A stretch of 64,000 nucleotides of DNA from Microbotryum violaceum (GCA_001244265.2 LN717261.1:248001-312000), one strand, 5' to 3'. Positions 14,949-29,846 are shown, counted from the stretch's first letter. The notes: generated by a model from the letters alone, not told the origin. Numbers and translations are program-made.

Positions 14949-15199
14949 TCATGCAAAGCCACGCGCGATTGCGGTTCATTAAATACCATATGAGTGGAAG
15001 CATTGTTTTATGTCAGCGAAAAAAAGAAGGAAAATACTGGGAGCGCTGTAGCTTCGTTGGAACGGCGCGGAAAATACAAAAGTCACCACAGGGCTTGTAC
15101 ATGACTTCTGATCGGAACCCCGACACCACAGGCAGGTGCGGCAGACACAACATAATGCTGGTACATCCACCACAGGCGGCCCTCCAGGCCGCAACCTAG
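14949..15199 (+). mobile_element. Short Helitron-like element or Helitron 3' end
   Basis: Hairpin GCGGCC-CTCCA-GGCCGC then AAC-CTAG|T at 15196-15199. Candidate A|TC 5' end at 14949 is uncertain. Confidence 0.5.
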
Positions 15200-15261
15200 T
15201 TAAAAACAGCAATTTTAGGTACATTCCTTAACTCACCTTTTTTTGTATATAGAGGTAGTAA

Positions 15262-16620
15262 CTAGGTTCGGCGGCGCGCGGAGCGCGCCACCTCACACCG
15301 TAACCGTTGACCTGCAATGTGATGTACTTGGTTGCAACAGCTGCGGTACTGTTGAGTCACGGAAGCGTAGTGGTTGAAGTCGGGAGAGAAGCGCGCGATG
15401 ACAATCAAATGTACAGAGTCTTCATTTCATCATTGAACTACTTTTTCGTTCTCCGGGAGCCCGAGGATGGGCTCAGACCGTCGTCGAGACCCGTGTCGAG
15501 TGCGTAGACCTTTTCACGGGTGTCGCAAGCTTGACTTGTGAGCTGCCAATCGAACCGAGCCGTACATGTTGGAATGTCCTTTCGACCAGCTGGAAACATC
15601 GACAGGGCTGCATCAGCGCCTCTCATTTTATCACTGGGAGCCCGCTGATGGGCTAAGACCGTCGTCAAGACCCGCGTCGAGTGTGGAGCAACGCCATCCC
15701 GGTGATGTTGAGACTCTGAAGATACTCGATCGAGAACAGTGTGGTTCGTCTTCGTTTTCGACCGGAACTGCGCTGTAGAACGTTTGAGCGTCATCCAGCC
15801 GCAGGTCGAGCACCATGTTGTTGATGTGGTCCACCTGCGAATTTTTGGGCGCCAGTTTTGCTTGCTCTCGGAAGTATTCGACTTTTTCGCCTATTGACAT
15901 ATTGTCCAGTTCGAGCGCGGGGACGGGATAGACGTGTCTGATCAACCCGGAGCTGTTCCTCGTGGTCGCCGGCAGAAGCTCACGTGGGAGCACGATAGAG
16001 TCTTCTGTTCTGTTCGCCAAGCCGTCCCCAACTCCGAAGAAATCTGCAAAGCGCTGTGCCTTTGCCTGTTCCGTTTCCGTCATGCGGTCTGCAGTGGCCA
16101 GAAGCCAGAAGTTGCATTGTTGGTCTGCGCTCGCACCGTGCCGTTGTTAGTATAGGGTCTAAAGGTCAGGCAAGGACTACTACTACTTACAGAGAGATCC
16201 CCGCAGAAGTCATCATTCATGATGCAAGCGTCGACGATTTGTGCAGGCAATGACTTGGGGAATAATGGGAAGGCATTGCTTCGGAACCCCTGTGATGTTA
16301 CAGTCCAACCGGTCAGTTAGTCATGCTGCCCTGCGGTGGGCTGTTGAAAGATTGGCACGCACCTGCCAACACGACGGTCAGTCCGCCAAACCGAGCCGTT
16401 GACGATCACACATTTTGCAACATCCTGCCCACCAGCTGAAAACATCGACGGTGCTGCATCGGTGCCTTGTCCCAGAGCTCGGCGAGCTGTCCTTGTTTCG
16501 GAACATTGCACATAGAGTCGTCAAAGATGTCGATCGGGATCTTGAACCGTGAACGTGCCGCTCTGCCTTTTGGCAGTAGCAGTGCAGCAATACCCGATGA
16601 TGCAATGGCAAGAGTGTATG
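15262..16620 (-). mobile_element. Helitron 3' fragment with decayed Pif1 helicase
   Basis: Minus strand hairpin GGCGCGCTCCGCGCGCC then CTAG|T at 15262. Remnants SSGIAALLLPKGRTA.SRFKIPIDIFDDS and [16 protein letters not shown]. Internal ~50-bp duplication (15455/15636). Confidence 0.85.
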
Positions 16621-16624
16621 TTCC

Positions 16625-19600
16625 TGAAAGGCACGAGATCGCTCTCGAGCCTCACTGGTGACCTAAGCTGACAGGTGCAAGTTATATGGATTGCAACTAG
16701 CTTCTGGTGTCAGCCCGATGAGGAGGGAACTGAAGAAGCTAGGTTCGCGCGATCTCTAGTTCTAGTGCCTGTGGGCTGTAGTAAGGCGCGCGCCTTACAC
16801 TCTCCCCGCCTTGAAACAAATCCCCTCATCCGGTCGAAAATCCTACTCCTCGTTCCGACGCTCCCACCCATCCAATGCCTCCGTATCCTCCAGTGCCTCG
16901 GCAGGCTCCCATGAATCACTGTATGACGGCCACGAGACCTATGGGACGAGGTATTGCTGCTTGCCAGCACGGATCCTCTCGTCGACAATGTCTTCAATGA
17001 TGTACTCTGGCTCGCCACCTACATCCTCTGGGCCCAGTCGCGCAGGTTCACGGTTGGGGAACAGGGCTGTATCGTTCTTGCAGTAGGTCTTGAGCTTGCC
17101 CGTGTACAAAAATGGTACTGCTGCATCGTCCCCGTTCAGCTGCAGGGTGTAGGACGAGATTTCCGGTTGGGCCTTGAAAATGCGATAGGGACCATCGAAG
17201 CGGTCCATGAGCTTGGCTGCGCGGCGCTTGTGGGTGTGGAGCCGCTTTCAGCAATCACTCGAGTCGAGAAGTACAAGATCCCCAACAGCCCAAGAGGGTT
17301 CATCCCGACGCCTCTTGTTGGACTGTGCTGCCTGCCGAACCTTGGAAATGGCAAGCTGGCCCGGGCGTCTTTGCAGGCTTGGAATCGAAGGGCAAGCAAC
17401 TCCTCAACGGACGGCAAGTTGTCATCACCGTTGACACGGGCAAGTGGGACGAGGGAGGGCGTGTAGCCAAGCACGAGCTCGAAGGGTGTTTTCCCGGTAG
17501 CGACATTGAGAGACGAGTTGATGGCATACTCACAGACAGCAAGGCACTCCGCCCAGTTGGATTGCTCCTTGTTGACGAGCGCTCGAAGAATCTGGAAGGC
17601 AGTCTTCTTCGTTTACTTGCTGCGACCATCTGTCTCCGGGTGAAACACCAAAGAGAGCTGGAGCTTGACGTTCAGGCGCTTGTGTAGGGCAGTCCAGAAC
17701 TTGCTTGTAAACAGCTTGTCCCGGTCCGAGACAATGCTTTGGTGGAGGCCAAAGAGGCGGTGCCATCCTTCATGGAAGCACGCAGCAACCTCCGCTGCAG
17801 CGTCAGCTTCGTGTGCAGGGAGCAAACGGACGTACCCCGACAGGCGGTCGGTGATTGTTAACACACGGTCAAAGCCTTTGTTGGCGGGCAGCGGTCCGAC
17901 AAAATCGATGGCAATGTCGGCTATGGGTTGTGCCGGGACAGGTAGCGAGTGGAGTTTGCCAGCAATGCGAGTGGTACGAGCCTTCGTCCGTTGACAAGAA
18001 TCACATTGTTGGACGTAGTGCTTGACGTCCCAGGACATGTTTGGCCATATGCCTGCTGAACGGTCCGGTACGTTTTCATATCACCTAGGTGCCCCTGCGC
18101 ATCATGAGCATTGTGAAGGATGGACTCACGGAGCGGGGCTAGTGATGGAATGATAAGCTGGCCCCGTAAATACAGCAATGCATCAACAATCTTGAAGTCC
18201 AATGTGACCAAGCCAATGTTAGCCATGGCTTGCTGGCAGAATGGGTCGGTCTCGTACGCATCGAGGATATGCTGCTTGACAGCATCCGAAAGCTTGACAT
18301 GGGAGACAAAAGCTACTAGGGTGGGCAGTGGATAGGTGAAGGAGTATCGACTCATGGTGTCGGCTACAATGTTGTCCTCGCCGGGCAGGTACCAAAGGTC
18401 GTAATCAAATTTGGCCAGGGTGCCCAGCCAACGGGCTTGTTGGCAAGAGAGAACGGTGCACTGGGTCTGGAAGTGCTCGAGTGTGGAGTGATCAGTGAGG
18501 ATGTGGAAGTGACTGCCAAGCAAGTCAATGCGCCATTCCTTGAGTGCTTCGACAATGGCAAGGAGTTCCTGCTTGTGAGTGGGGTAGTTGCGTTCAGCGG
18601 GTATGTATTGCCTGGACCAATACGCAATGGGGCGAGCCATCTTCCACTCCTGACCCTGGAGGAGGACACCACCAATTCCGTGATTGCTTGCATCAGTCAT
18701 CACCCAGAACGGAGCGGCGTCGGCGGAGTGGTCGGGCGGCCGAAGGCAGTCGAGTGAGGTGACGATGGCCTTGATGGCTTTGAAGTGGCGGACCTTGTTG
18801 GGTGTCCAGAGCGTGGCAATAGATGAGAGTCCTTGGCGTGTCAAGGGAGTCAGCGCGGCGATGTGCTCAGTGAGGCCAGGGATGAACTTGCGAAGATACT
18901 GCACCAGCCCAAGGAAACCCCTGAGTTCCTTGACCGTCTTGGGTAGGGCCCAGTCTTCAATGCGCTGGATCTTCTTGGGGTCCACATGCACCCCAGCACG
19001 GTTGATGATGTGGCCAAGGAACGAGCACTCCGCAGTGGCAAGGTTGGTTTTGGTTGGCGAGCAATAGAGTTTGGCACGGCGCAGCGCTTCCATGACTTGG
19101 CGAACACAGGCCTTGTGCTCCTCCAGTGTGTCCGCAAAGATGGTGATGTCATTGAGGTAGACGAAGCAGATGGTGCCAAGCAAGCCTTGGAGTGCCTCGT
19201 TGACACGTCGTTGGTGGGTGGCAGGGGCATTGCAGAGGCCCATGGGCATGACGGTCCACTCGTACAAACCCCAAGGTGTGGACACGGCCGTCTTAGGGAT
19301 GTCCTCTTCGGCCATCTTGGTCTGAAAGAAGGAATTGGTCATGTCGATCTTGGCCCAGAATTGCGCATTGGAGCACGTCAAGAGAATGTCATCAGGCAAG
19401 GGCAGAGGCATGCGGTCTTTGACGGTGTGCTTGTTGAGCTCGCGGTAGTCATTCACCCAGCACGGTGCGATTGTGGGATCCACGTCGCAGCCCTTCTTTG
19501 GGATGACGAACAAGGGTGACGAGTATGACAACCAAGAGGGGCGGAGGCGACCGGCCGCAAGATGTTCCTGTAGCAGTAAGTGCCATGCCTTGCGATACTT

Positions 19601-20030
19601 CTTTGGGAGGGGGTATCCCCGAAGGTTGACAACAGTGGCCAGATTGTCAAGCTCGTTGCGGTGTCACACCGGGGATTGGTACAAGTGTACAGGCGGGATA
19701 TCCGCGGGAAAACGGTCGGCAAACTCCGCTCGGAGGCAATGGTCAAGCGTGGCAAGGCGGAGCTGTTCCTCGGTGTCAACAACCGGAGCAATTGTGGCAA
19801 CCTGCGCGGTAACGCACGGCTGGGACGACAGCGCCAGCAGGTCAATAGAGTGTATGGGGTTGGCTTTGCAGGTGAGGTGTGGCTGAGGGAAAAGGCCGAG
19901 CTCCATCTTGTGCCGATAGATGAAGTTGCCTCCCAGGATAATCTCGAGGACCTTCCCAAGGGGTGCTACCTCGGCGTATGTCGGTCCTGCGGTCCACCGG
20001 CGACACAGGCCGGCGAGTCGGCGACCCCAC
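16625..20030 (-). mobile_element. Ty3/gypsy chromovirus, 5'-truncated, pseudogenised pol with 3' LTR (16625-16799)
   Basis: RT (KIDMTNSFFQ, VMPMGLCNAP, YLND from YLDD), RNase H (TDAS), integrase (CDSC, IAIDFVGPLP, SDRD, HPETDG) and chromodomain (EYIIEDIVDER..YLV..SWEP). LTR TGTAAGG..CCTTTCA is preceded by a purine tract. Confidence 0.95.
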
Positions 20031-20217
20031 CACGCGCCACGCGCCACGCGCGAGGCCTGAACGTCTGAACGCCTGAACGCCGAAGACGTCGTTCACTGCT
20101 CGGTCTGACATGAGAAGACGACTGTGTGAAAAGCGGCGGCGGTCTTGACTGCCCTCCCTCTCTCCCCGTTGACTTGGGTGTAAGAGCGGCTCAACTCCCG
20201 GCGACGTGCCGTCAACG

Positions 20218-22203
20218 ATGTTGACTTCATCCGTTCCAGCTCCCACCGAAGCCGCTCTGGAGTCCGCACCGAAACCGCGGCCCAGCCTGACACGTTTCCC
20301 TTCCAGTTGGATCCCGCTCTCGAGCTCGCACCCTCTCGGTTCCTCAACCCTCTCGGACCACCTCGAGCCAAACCAACGTGTGTTTCTCGACCCTCAGAAG
20401 AATGTGAAATATCTCTGGAAATCGAGGGGTCATAGGAAGGGTTGTGCGGTGGAGATTCAGTCGGACGACGCGCATGGCAAGGAAGAGGCCGCAGAGCCAG
20501 AGAAGGAGCGTGCTTGGAAGGAGGATAGTGTAAACGATTTGAGGTGGTGGGGTTGGGATTATTGGGATATTAGTTGGTGGGTCGCCGGTGAGTTGTACAT
20601 CAGTTTAGACTTCCGCTACAAGTGGAGATGGAAAGCTGACTTGACCTTTGTCTATTCCGGGAACGGCCGTAGTAATCTTTGCAAGTCAGGCTCAGACCTC
20701 GACATGAGGATTAGGACCAAAAAAAGACTGACCCAACGCCTCCCCCCTCACCAGACCCTCGGTTCGATCTGGTGGTGCATCAACGCGCTCTTCTTCTTCT
20801 GCTACTTCTCGCGCACCACTCCCTCCTACACCAACACCGAAGCCGCGACCGCTTTTTTGGGTGGCTCCACTTTCCTCGTCGGCTCTTACCTCGGTTGGAT
20901 CGAGAGCTTGAATCCGGCGAGAGATGCCGAGTTTGGGTGGGAAGTGGATGAGTTGAGGAGGTTAGTTTGAGGTGAGAGCGAGCAGAGGGTGAATGGATGC
21001 CTCGGCTGACTGGCAAACTTCGCGCTATGCAGGACCCTTCGAGAACCAGCTCAAAACTCGCACCAATCCCTCGGACGAAAACGCCATCATTTCGGACGAC
21101 ATCTTCCCCATCCACGTCACCACCACCATCATCACTCCGTAAACTCCGACCAATCCGCACACCTGCGTCACCGTCTCGCGAACCCTCATTCCCCTTCCCC
21201 TCCCTCTCGGTCCCCCTCCCGATCCTCTACCCTCGTCCCATCCCCAGCCTCCTCCCCAGCCTCCCCCGACCCTCCCCTTCCTTGGCGCTGGTATGGTACG
21301 ACCCCCACCCTCGCCTACATCGCCAACACGGTCCAGTTATTCGGCTCCGTAACGTTCTTCATATCTGTTCTCTGCGGACTTCCCGGAATCCTCCCCGTCT
21401 CGGGTCAAACTGGCGGTCCGGAACAATCCCGCACCAGTGAGGGGTTATGGATCGCGATATATTGGGGTATGCAGATCGTAGGAGCGCCTTGTTTCATGTT
21501 CGCGGGAATGGTCTTTGCATTGGAGACGCAGGAAAAGTGGTGGATGCCCAAGATCCGGGATGTGGGGTGGCAGATGTGAGCTTCTTTTTTTGCGGAGCTG
21601 TTTTCCGAATGGGACGAGCGATCGGAGACGCTGACCCACATGGCACTCTCTTTTTTCATTTGTCTATTTTGCCAGTAGCTTCTGGAATTTCTGGGGAGGT
21701 AAGCCCTAGCATTTCGCAAGAGTCTTTCAAAAAAAAACGGTGTCGAGCCCGCTCACTCACCCCCCCACATCCTCCCCACTCCCGCTCACCCACTATAGGC
21801 GTCGGTTTCCTCCTCAGTCCCATATTCGGTATTTATCGCCAAACTTTCATCGGAGACCCTTCCAAGTTTCAAGTCCGTTCTCATTTTCCTACATCATCTC
21901 GGCCTAAGTAATTTTTTTCACGAGGAGACGGACGACGGACCACTGACATTCCCTCCCATCTTATAACCCGCTTCGCTCGCTCGTTCAAGTATTGGGGTAC
22001 GGCTTTCTCCACTTTTCTTGGCTCATGGGCTTTTTTGATCGGGTCGTGAGTATATCACACCCACCTTCGTACCGACGTAATTCAATATGAAAGACTGATA
22101 TTATTGTATCGCTTCATCGTGGGGGTGCGGGAAAATGGGATAGGTCTATACAATTATGGGAGGCGTTGAACAAGCGATGAAAAGGGGAAGTGAAAGGAAA
22201 TGA
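20218..22203 (+). CDS. Fungal integral membrane protein (multi-exon, Trp-rich)
   Basis: YLWKSRGHRKG, WDISWWVA/TLGSIWWCINALFFF...AFLGGSTFLVGSYLGW, YWGMQIVGAPCFMFAG, WWMPK...VGWQ; several TM segments; GT..AG introns. Confidence 0.75.
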
Positions 22204-23113
22204 GAGGTGTATACGCGTGTGGGGAGGGACTGTTGGTTGATCGGACTTTTGTGATTTTTTTCTTGGTTTGAGTACTCCCAACCGTTTTTATGCGTGACCG
22301 CGTCGCAACAGGATTTTACACAAGATCCAATCGTCGATGTTGACGTAGACGTATGAGACGGATCGGAACCCGATTTGGGAGTCGCCGAACGAGAGGTGTC
22401 CAGAATGGCCGAACGGCCAGAATTGACTTGAGCCATGAAACAGCGGCCTTGCTATCGTCCGTCCCAGTAACTTTGAAAAGACCCCCTTCAACGCAGCGGT
22501 CCTTTGACTTGTTCCAAATCGCCGCTCGCCGAACACGCTTCGGAGATGGGGAAGCCCTCGTCGCCTCGATCGATCGGAGGGTGATCGGGCGTGGATCAAA
22601 GATCTGAGATAGATCTCCTCCTTTCAAGAAGAAGTCGCTCATAGAATTTTGACCGATCTGCTCGTTCGTGATCTACTCGTTCGTAAAATCACTTATGTTC
22701 AGAGAAGGGTAAACTCGTTTACAAAAGTTTCCCCTCCATTTCGAGTCTTTACAAACCTGTCGATCAGATCGATTCGGTCCGAATCAGATCGAAGATCGCA
22801 AAAAAAGCTCCTCTTTAACGGCGCTGGGCGCTGGGCGCTGGGCCCAAAACCTCGACCCGGTGCCGCGTGCGCCATCGTTCGGGGCGTTCGCTCAGGTCGG
22901 TCGGGTCCGCTCATCGGACAAATCGCATCGTTTGAAATCGAAAACCAAAGTACAAGCTCGGTAAAAGCGACAAAAGAACCCCAAAGCGCTTGGCCCTTGC
23001 TCCGTCCGTCCCACGCTCCTCTTCCTTTCTCTCCCTCCTCCCAACCACATCATCACCCACTTCCCTCCCAACACCACCACTCCCACCTCACCGAAAAACC
23101 CCACTTCAGAACC

Positions 23114-24760
<1,647 letters not shown>

Positions 24761-25296
24761 ACGCTCGAAAGTGTGTTTCGTCTCGGCTTTCTGTTTTCCC
24801 AGTAGTGCTCAGTCCTTTTTCCGTGTGAATACAAGGAAATGAACAAGTGATATCTCGTCATTGATGCGAATGAAAGAGGCCGAAGAAGTCGAAATTGTGC
24901 CAAGTGATAATAGGTGTCAATTCTCTCGCAAGCTCTCGCATGCCGAACTCTGCGCCAAACGTCCGCCGCGCCGACCGAATCGGGTTTCCCTCTCTCTCTC
25001 TGTCGGCCTCTCCGGGCAGCCAAAGTCCGACTCTCGACTGTGCCCGAATACGAGACATACGATATACGGAATTGACATCAAGCCTCCTCGAGCGCCTTCG
25101 TTCGTTCGCCTTCGCGCGCCTTCACTCCAGTTCGGTCTTGTTGAAACGCGCGACCCTTCCGCTCAAAACCTCTACACCCTACGCTCTCCACACGACGATC
25201 TTCTTCTTCAATGACCCGCTCTTGGTAACCCAAGTCGATCACCGTCTCTATCGGCTCGAAGGGAACTATTCACCTCGTCATAATCGAGCGAAAAGA

Positions 25297-28087
25297 ATGG
25301 GTTCCTCCCCACCTCCAATTTATGCAGGCCTACCTCCCTCCAATCCAACCTCTACATCGAGTGATGAGCCCAGTCAGCCAACCTCAACGATCTCTAGCAC
25401 AATTCAAGCCAACACGCTTCATCCAACTCCACCATCGCCGACCAACTTGATCGCTCCTCGACCGACTTCCCCCTCCCACCATCAACCCCCTCAGCCTCAA
25501 CCTCAACCTCAACATCGTTCCTCCACCGCTTCTCGACAAGGTTCTCCGGCGTCCAATCGAAATTTTGGCCAATCCAGTTCAAGAGGGTCCATAAGAGCCT
25601 CTGTGATGCAACCTGAGAAAGTTGATGAGGGGTCGTTGAATTTGGGTCAAGTGAAAGACGGGGGGGAGGTGGGGAATGAAGATTTAGATTTGGATGGGGA
25701 GGAGCAGAGTTTGGAGAAAAGGAAGAGGCTGGCTTGGGGGAGGGGGTATGTAAGTTGGGTTTTGGGCAAGGTTTTTGTAGAGTGATTTTGATGAGAGTGC
25801 GTGAGAGTTTGCTGATTTTTGATTTTGATTGTCGTCCCTTTTCGAACCCCCGCCGACCTCACGACGGAAAAAGCTGCACGAACACGATTCGATCCGTAAC
25901 GATTATTCGCACCACTACGTATCCACAGGTCAAAGACCACAAAATTACATTCGGGGTGCGAAGGTGGAGGAAAGATTTTCAGAGTAGTTCAAACTCACGT
26001 CCGATCAGAGTCTAGGTAATTCGTCGAACTGACACCTATTCTTTTCCGATCAGGTATCCGAAACTTTCCCGCTTGCTCGACCTCAAACATACCCTTCTCT
26101 CCTCCCCCTCCAATTCCCTCCCTCCAACCTTCCTAAACTTACCTTCCTCCCAAATCCCACTCCGGAAAACCCTCTTCACCACTCTCGATCCAACCACCAA
26201 CAAATTTGACGTCATACTACTCACACCTCCCCCTTCCACGACCTTTGACGAATTGAAAGCGTTGGATTTGGGTAAATGGAGTCATAGTCCCGGTTTCGTA
26301 TGGCTGTGGGTTGGGGATGGCAGGAGTGGAGCGGGGGGAGGGGTTGGGTTGGAAAGAGGGAGGGACTTGTTGGGACTTTGGGGGTATAGGTAGGTCCAGA
26401 GAGTCGACCATGTGGTTTCTGAGAGGGGAAAGAAGGTACTAATTTGTTTGACCGTAGACGATGCGAGGATATCGTCTGGTTAAAGACGAACACGACCCAA
26501 CAGGACTCTCAAGACAACAGTTCGGTATGTTCCATTCGAACTTTCTCACACTCGATACCCCCTCATTAAGCTCATGCTTCTCCGCATCGCTCACCCCTTC
26601 AGCCGTCCCTCTTCATACCCTCCATCGAACACTGCCTCATGGGGATCCGAGGCACGGTACGCCGTTCGACCGATCCTTGGTTCGTGCATTGCAATGTCGA
26701 CACGGACGTCATGGTGTGGGAAGGTGACGAGCTCGGTACGTACCTCTCCATCGACATCCCTCACGCGACGAAGACCTCGTCAGCTGAGCTTCGTTTTGTT
26801 ACCTCAGATCCCTTACTCAAGCCGCCGGAACTACAATCCCTTATCGAAAACTTTTGCCAAGGGACGAGGAGATTACATCTTTATGGATCGCCAAGGTCGT
26901 TGAGGAGGGGTTGGTTAACGGTGGGGATCCCTATCACGTCAACGTCTTCGATAACGAGTGATAAGGAGGTTTCCAAGGTCTTCTCTGAAAAATCCTTCGT
27001 CCGGCCGATCGAGCGTGAAAGCCAGGAATGGACTCCGACAGCTTTCGATTCCTCAATCTACGCATCTAGCATCCAATCCACTTCCGCCTCCTCAACTCTA
27101 CTCACCTCCCTCTCGCAACTCAACTTGCAAGACGCCGTCCACGACTCACCACTCCCACCGTATCTCCCCTACCACATCGAACTCGACACCCTCCGACCCA
27201 AATCACCTCCAGCTCGCGCAGGCCAAGCATCTTCCGGCGGGCTGGGTCGAGGTCGAGGTGCTGGATTGGGCGTGACGAAAAGTCTAGTTGCGAAAGGGGC
27301 GGGAACGAAGCAGCGCGGAGGGGGAATGGAAATGAGAGGTGCGGTATTCCTACCCCCTTCTTCTGCTGCCCCAACTTTGACGACTATGATACGAAGCGAT
27401 TACGGATCGATACATCCCGATGCAATGCTGGACCCGATCGAGCTTCCGACGACGATGGAGGATGGGAGGATGGGTTGGATTTCTCCGAGGTTCGCAATTG
27501 CTCAAGGACAGGGTCAAGGAAGGGGACAGGGCGCTTCGTTCGAGTTGCCTTTGCATCGACACTATCAATACCAGCTGCCATATCCGGTTTTTCAACAGCA
27601 ACAGCAGCAGCAGCAGCAGCCGCAGCAGTCTCACTACGCAACAAACGTTTTGCACGTCGTCCGACCCCCGATTTCAAGCTTCGCACCGCTCCACCCCCAT
27701 TTCCTCCCCTCAGCGTCTTCGATTGCTTATTTCACCCCACATGATCAGGCGCATAATTATCATACGCCTCATTATCAGCATCCTCTGCTTCGCGATTCCT
27801 CGTATCCGACTCTTGACCCACACCAGCACCAGCATCAGCAGCAACAACATTTGGTTCCTCCGACTGGGTTTTCACAATCGCAATCGCAATCGCAGTATTA
27901 CGCAGGACTGCATTATCAGCCACAGCAACAACTCCAGCAACAGCAGGCCCATCATCCTCATCATCAGCTACATCCTCGTCATCCCTCGGTGCCGGCTCCT
28001 TCGTCGTTCCCCTCTTCGAGATCAGTAGCATCGGCAGCAAGTGGTGATGGGGACTGGATTTATCCGATCGGAGGACCAGGGCTATGA
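25297..28087 (+). CDS. METTL14: MT-A70 family, METTL14/Kar4-like non-catalytic m6A methyltransferase subunit with Q/H-rich tail
   Basis: KFDVILLTPP (no DPPW), GFVWLWVG..GLERGRDLL..WGYR/RCEDIVWLKT, EHCLMGIRGTVRRSTD.WFVHCNVDTDV, KPPEL..LIENFC.GTRRLHLYG..LRRGWLTVG, GRGRG motif. Confidence 0.9.
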
Positions 28088-28251
28088 AACATGATTTTGA
28101 TGAAGTGAGGTGGGAGTGGTATTTTATTAGGCGTACGACGTTATGGTGTATGTTACGAAATGAAATTTTGCAGATTATCCAAACTGTACCCTTCAACCTG
28201 TGCGATCCCGACCCCGATCGACTCCCGCTCTCTCTCTTTCTCTCCTGCCTC

Positions 28252-29846
28252 ATGACCCTCCACACGATGTCCCTCCCCTCCCCCTCCCTCGCTCCCTTGC
28301 CGATCCCGAATCTCCCCGCTTCCTCCATTCACATCATCTACGGTTTCATTACGCCTTGTGAGGAGGAGTACCTGATCCAGGTACGTCACTTACTCCACTT
28401 TGGCGAGCGAATGAGTGACGTGTCTATCGTTCCTCCCTTTCCGCTCTCTTCCTACGTGCGAATGAAGCTCACCTTTCCCCCCGCACTTGAAAACAGAGGA
28501 TCGACGATTTAGGTGGTGACACTTTACACGACCCACCACAACCACCTCAAGTCGAGGATACTCCAATTCAAGGCCAAGTTGAGCCTGAGCGTCGGCCTCG
28601 GCCTCCTCGACAAGGAAAAGTTTCAACGAGGTGGGGTTGGACCGAGTTGAATGGGCGTAGGTTAGTGCTGTACAAGGTGAAAGGATGAAGAGGGGATGTA
28701 CGCTGATTATTGGGTGATGGTGGGATTGATAGGTCGATGTATTGGGGTGAGTAGAGTCGTACTGGTATGCGGAGGTGGGGATGCTTCGCAGCGAGTTGGG
28801 GGTGAATGTCGTGTGTTGAGCGGCACTCTGTTGCGGCCAGTCACAACATCGTCAACACCGTCATCTCCCAACGCTCTCCAAAGTCAAATCTCCCCACCCA
28901 TCCCTCTAATCCGGCCCCCCATCTTTCCTACCCCACTATAGGCGGATCCCTAACCAAAAAAAGCACCCTGCTACCTCTGCCCATGCCCGATATCATGACC
29001 TCAAAGTACCCACACGTATTACTTCGGATGCAAGAAGCGACGAAAAAGGTGGGCTGGGTGGAGGGTTTGAATCATGTATGCATTTTATTTTATTTTGCCT
29101 GGTGGTTTGGAGGAGGTCATGTGGGGGTGGGGGGTGCGCGATCGCTGATTTCCTGCTTCGGCAATGTCTTTTTTGTGCGATAACGGATTACAGTGTCTAG
29201 TCAACGAGTAGGCTTGGCTTTCTTCCTCCTCTTTCTTGCCTAGGCAGTCGACCCCTGCCCAACTCACAATCCGAATCGATCTTTGATCCCCAGATATCTC
29301 CCAGGTCAAGGTATCCTCGCGCATACGGACGGACCCGCCTACGCACCGATCGTCACGACCTTATCCCTAGGTAGTCATACCATACTTCAATTCACTCCTC
29401 GAAAAAACGACCCTACTCCTTCCGACGAAAAGGTCGACTCTACGGCACCCCTAAACTCCTTCGAACTGGCGTCCAACTCAAAAGAACAAAGCGAAACGTT
29501 CTCCCTCTTCCTACCCCCCCGTTCCATCATCCTCCTCCAGGACACCCTCTACGAAGACTGGCTCCATTCAATCGAGTCGAAGAAAGAAGATACTGCGGAT
29601 GATTTAATGAGATGTAGGAATTGGGGAATGTGGTGGGAAAGAGGAGTGGATACGTTTTCGACTGGTTCAGAAGAGGAGCGGTTGGACATGAAGAAAGGGG
29701 GAGATATTTTGTCGGAGGGGGGAATTGAAGAATTGATTAGGAGAAGGAAAACCGTGGAGAGTGGGAAAGGATGGGATAGGGGGAGGAGAGTCAGTTTGAC
29801 TTGTCGAATCGTCGAGAGGGTCGTCAAGGGTTTCAAAGTTGGGTAG
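28252..29846 (+). CDS. ALKBH6: AlkB-family 2OG-Fe(II) dioxygenase, ALKBH6-like (multi-exon)
   Basis: FITPCEEEYLI, WTELNGRR/SMYWGG, NH/CLVNE/YLPGQGILAHTDGPAY.PIVTTLSLGSH (HxD), WLHSI, RRVSLTCR. Confidence 0.88.
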
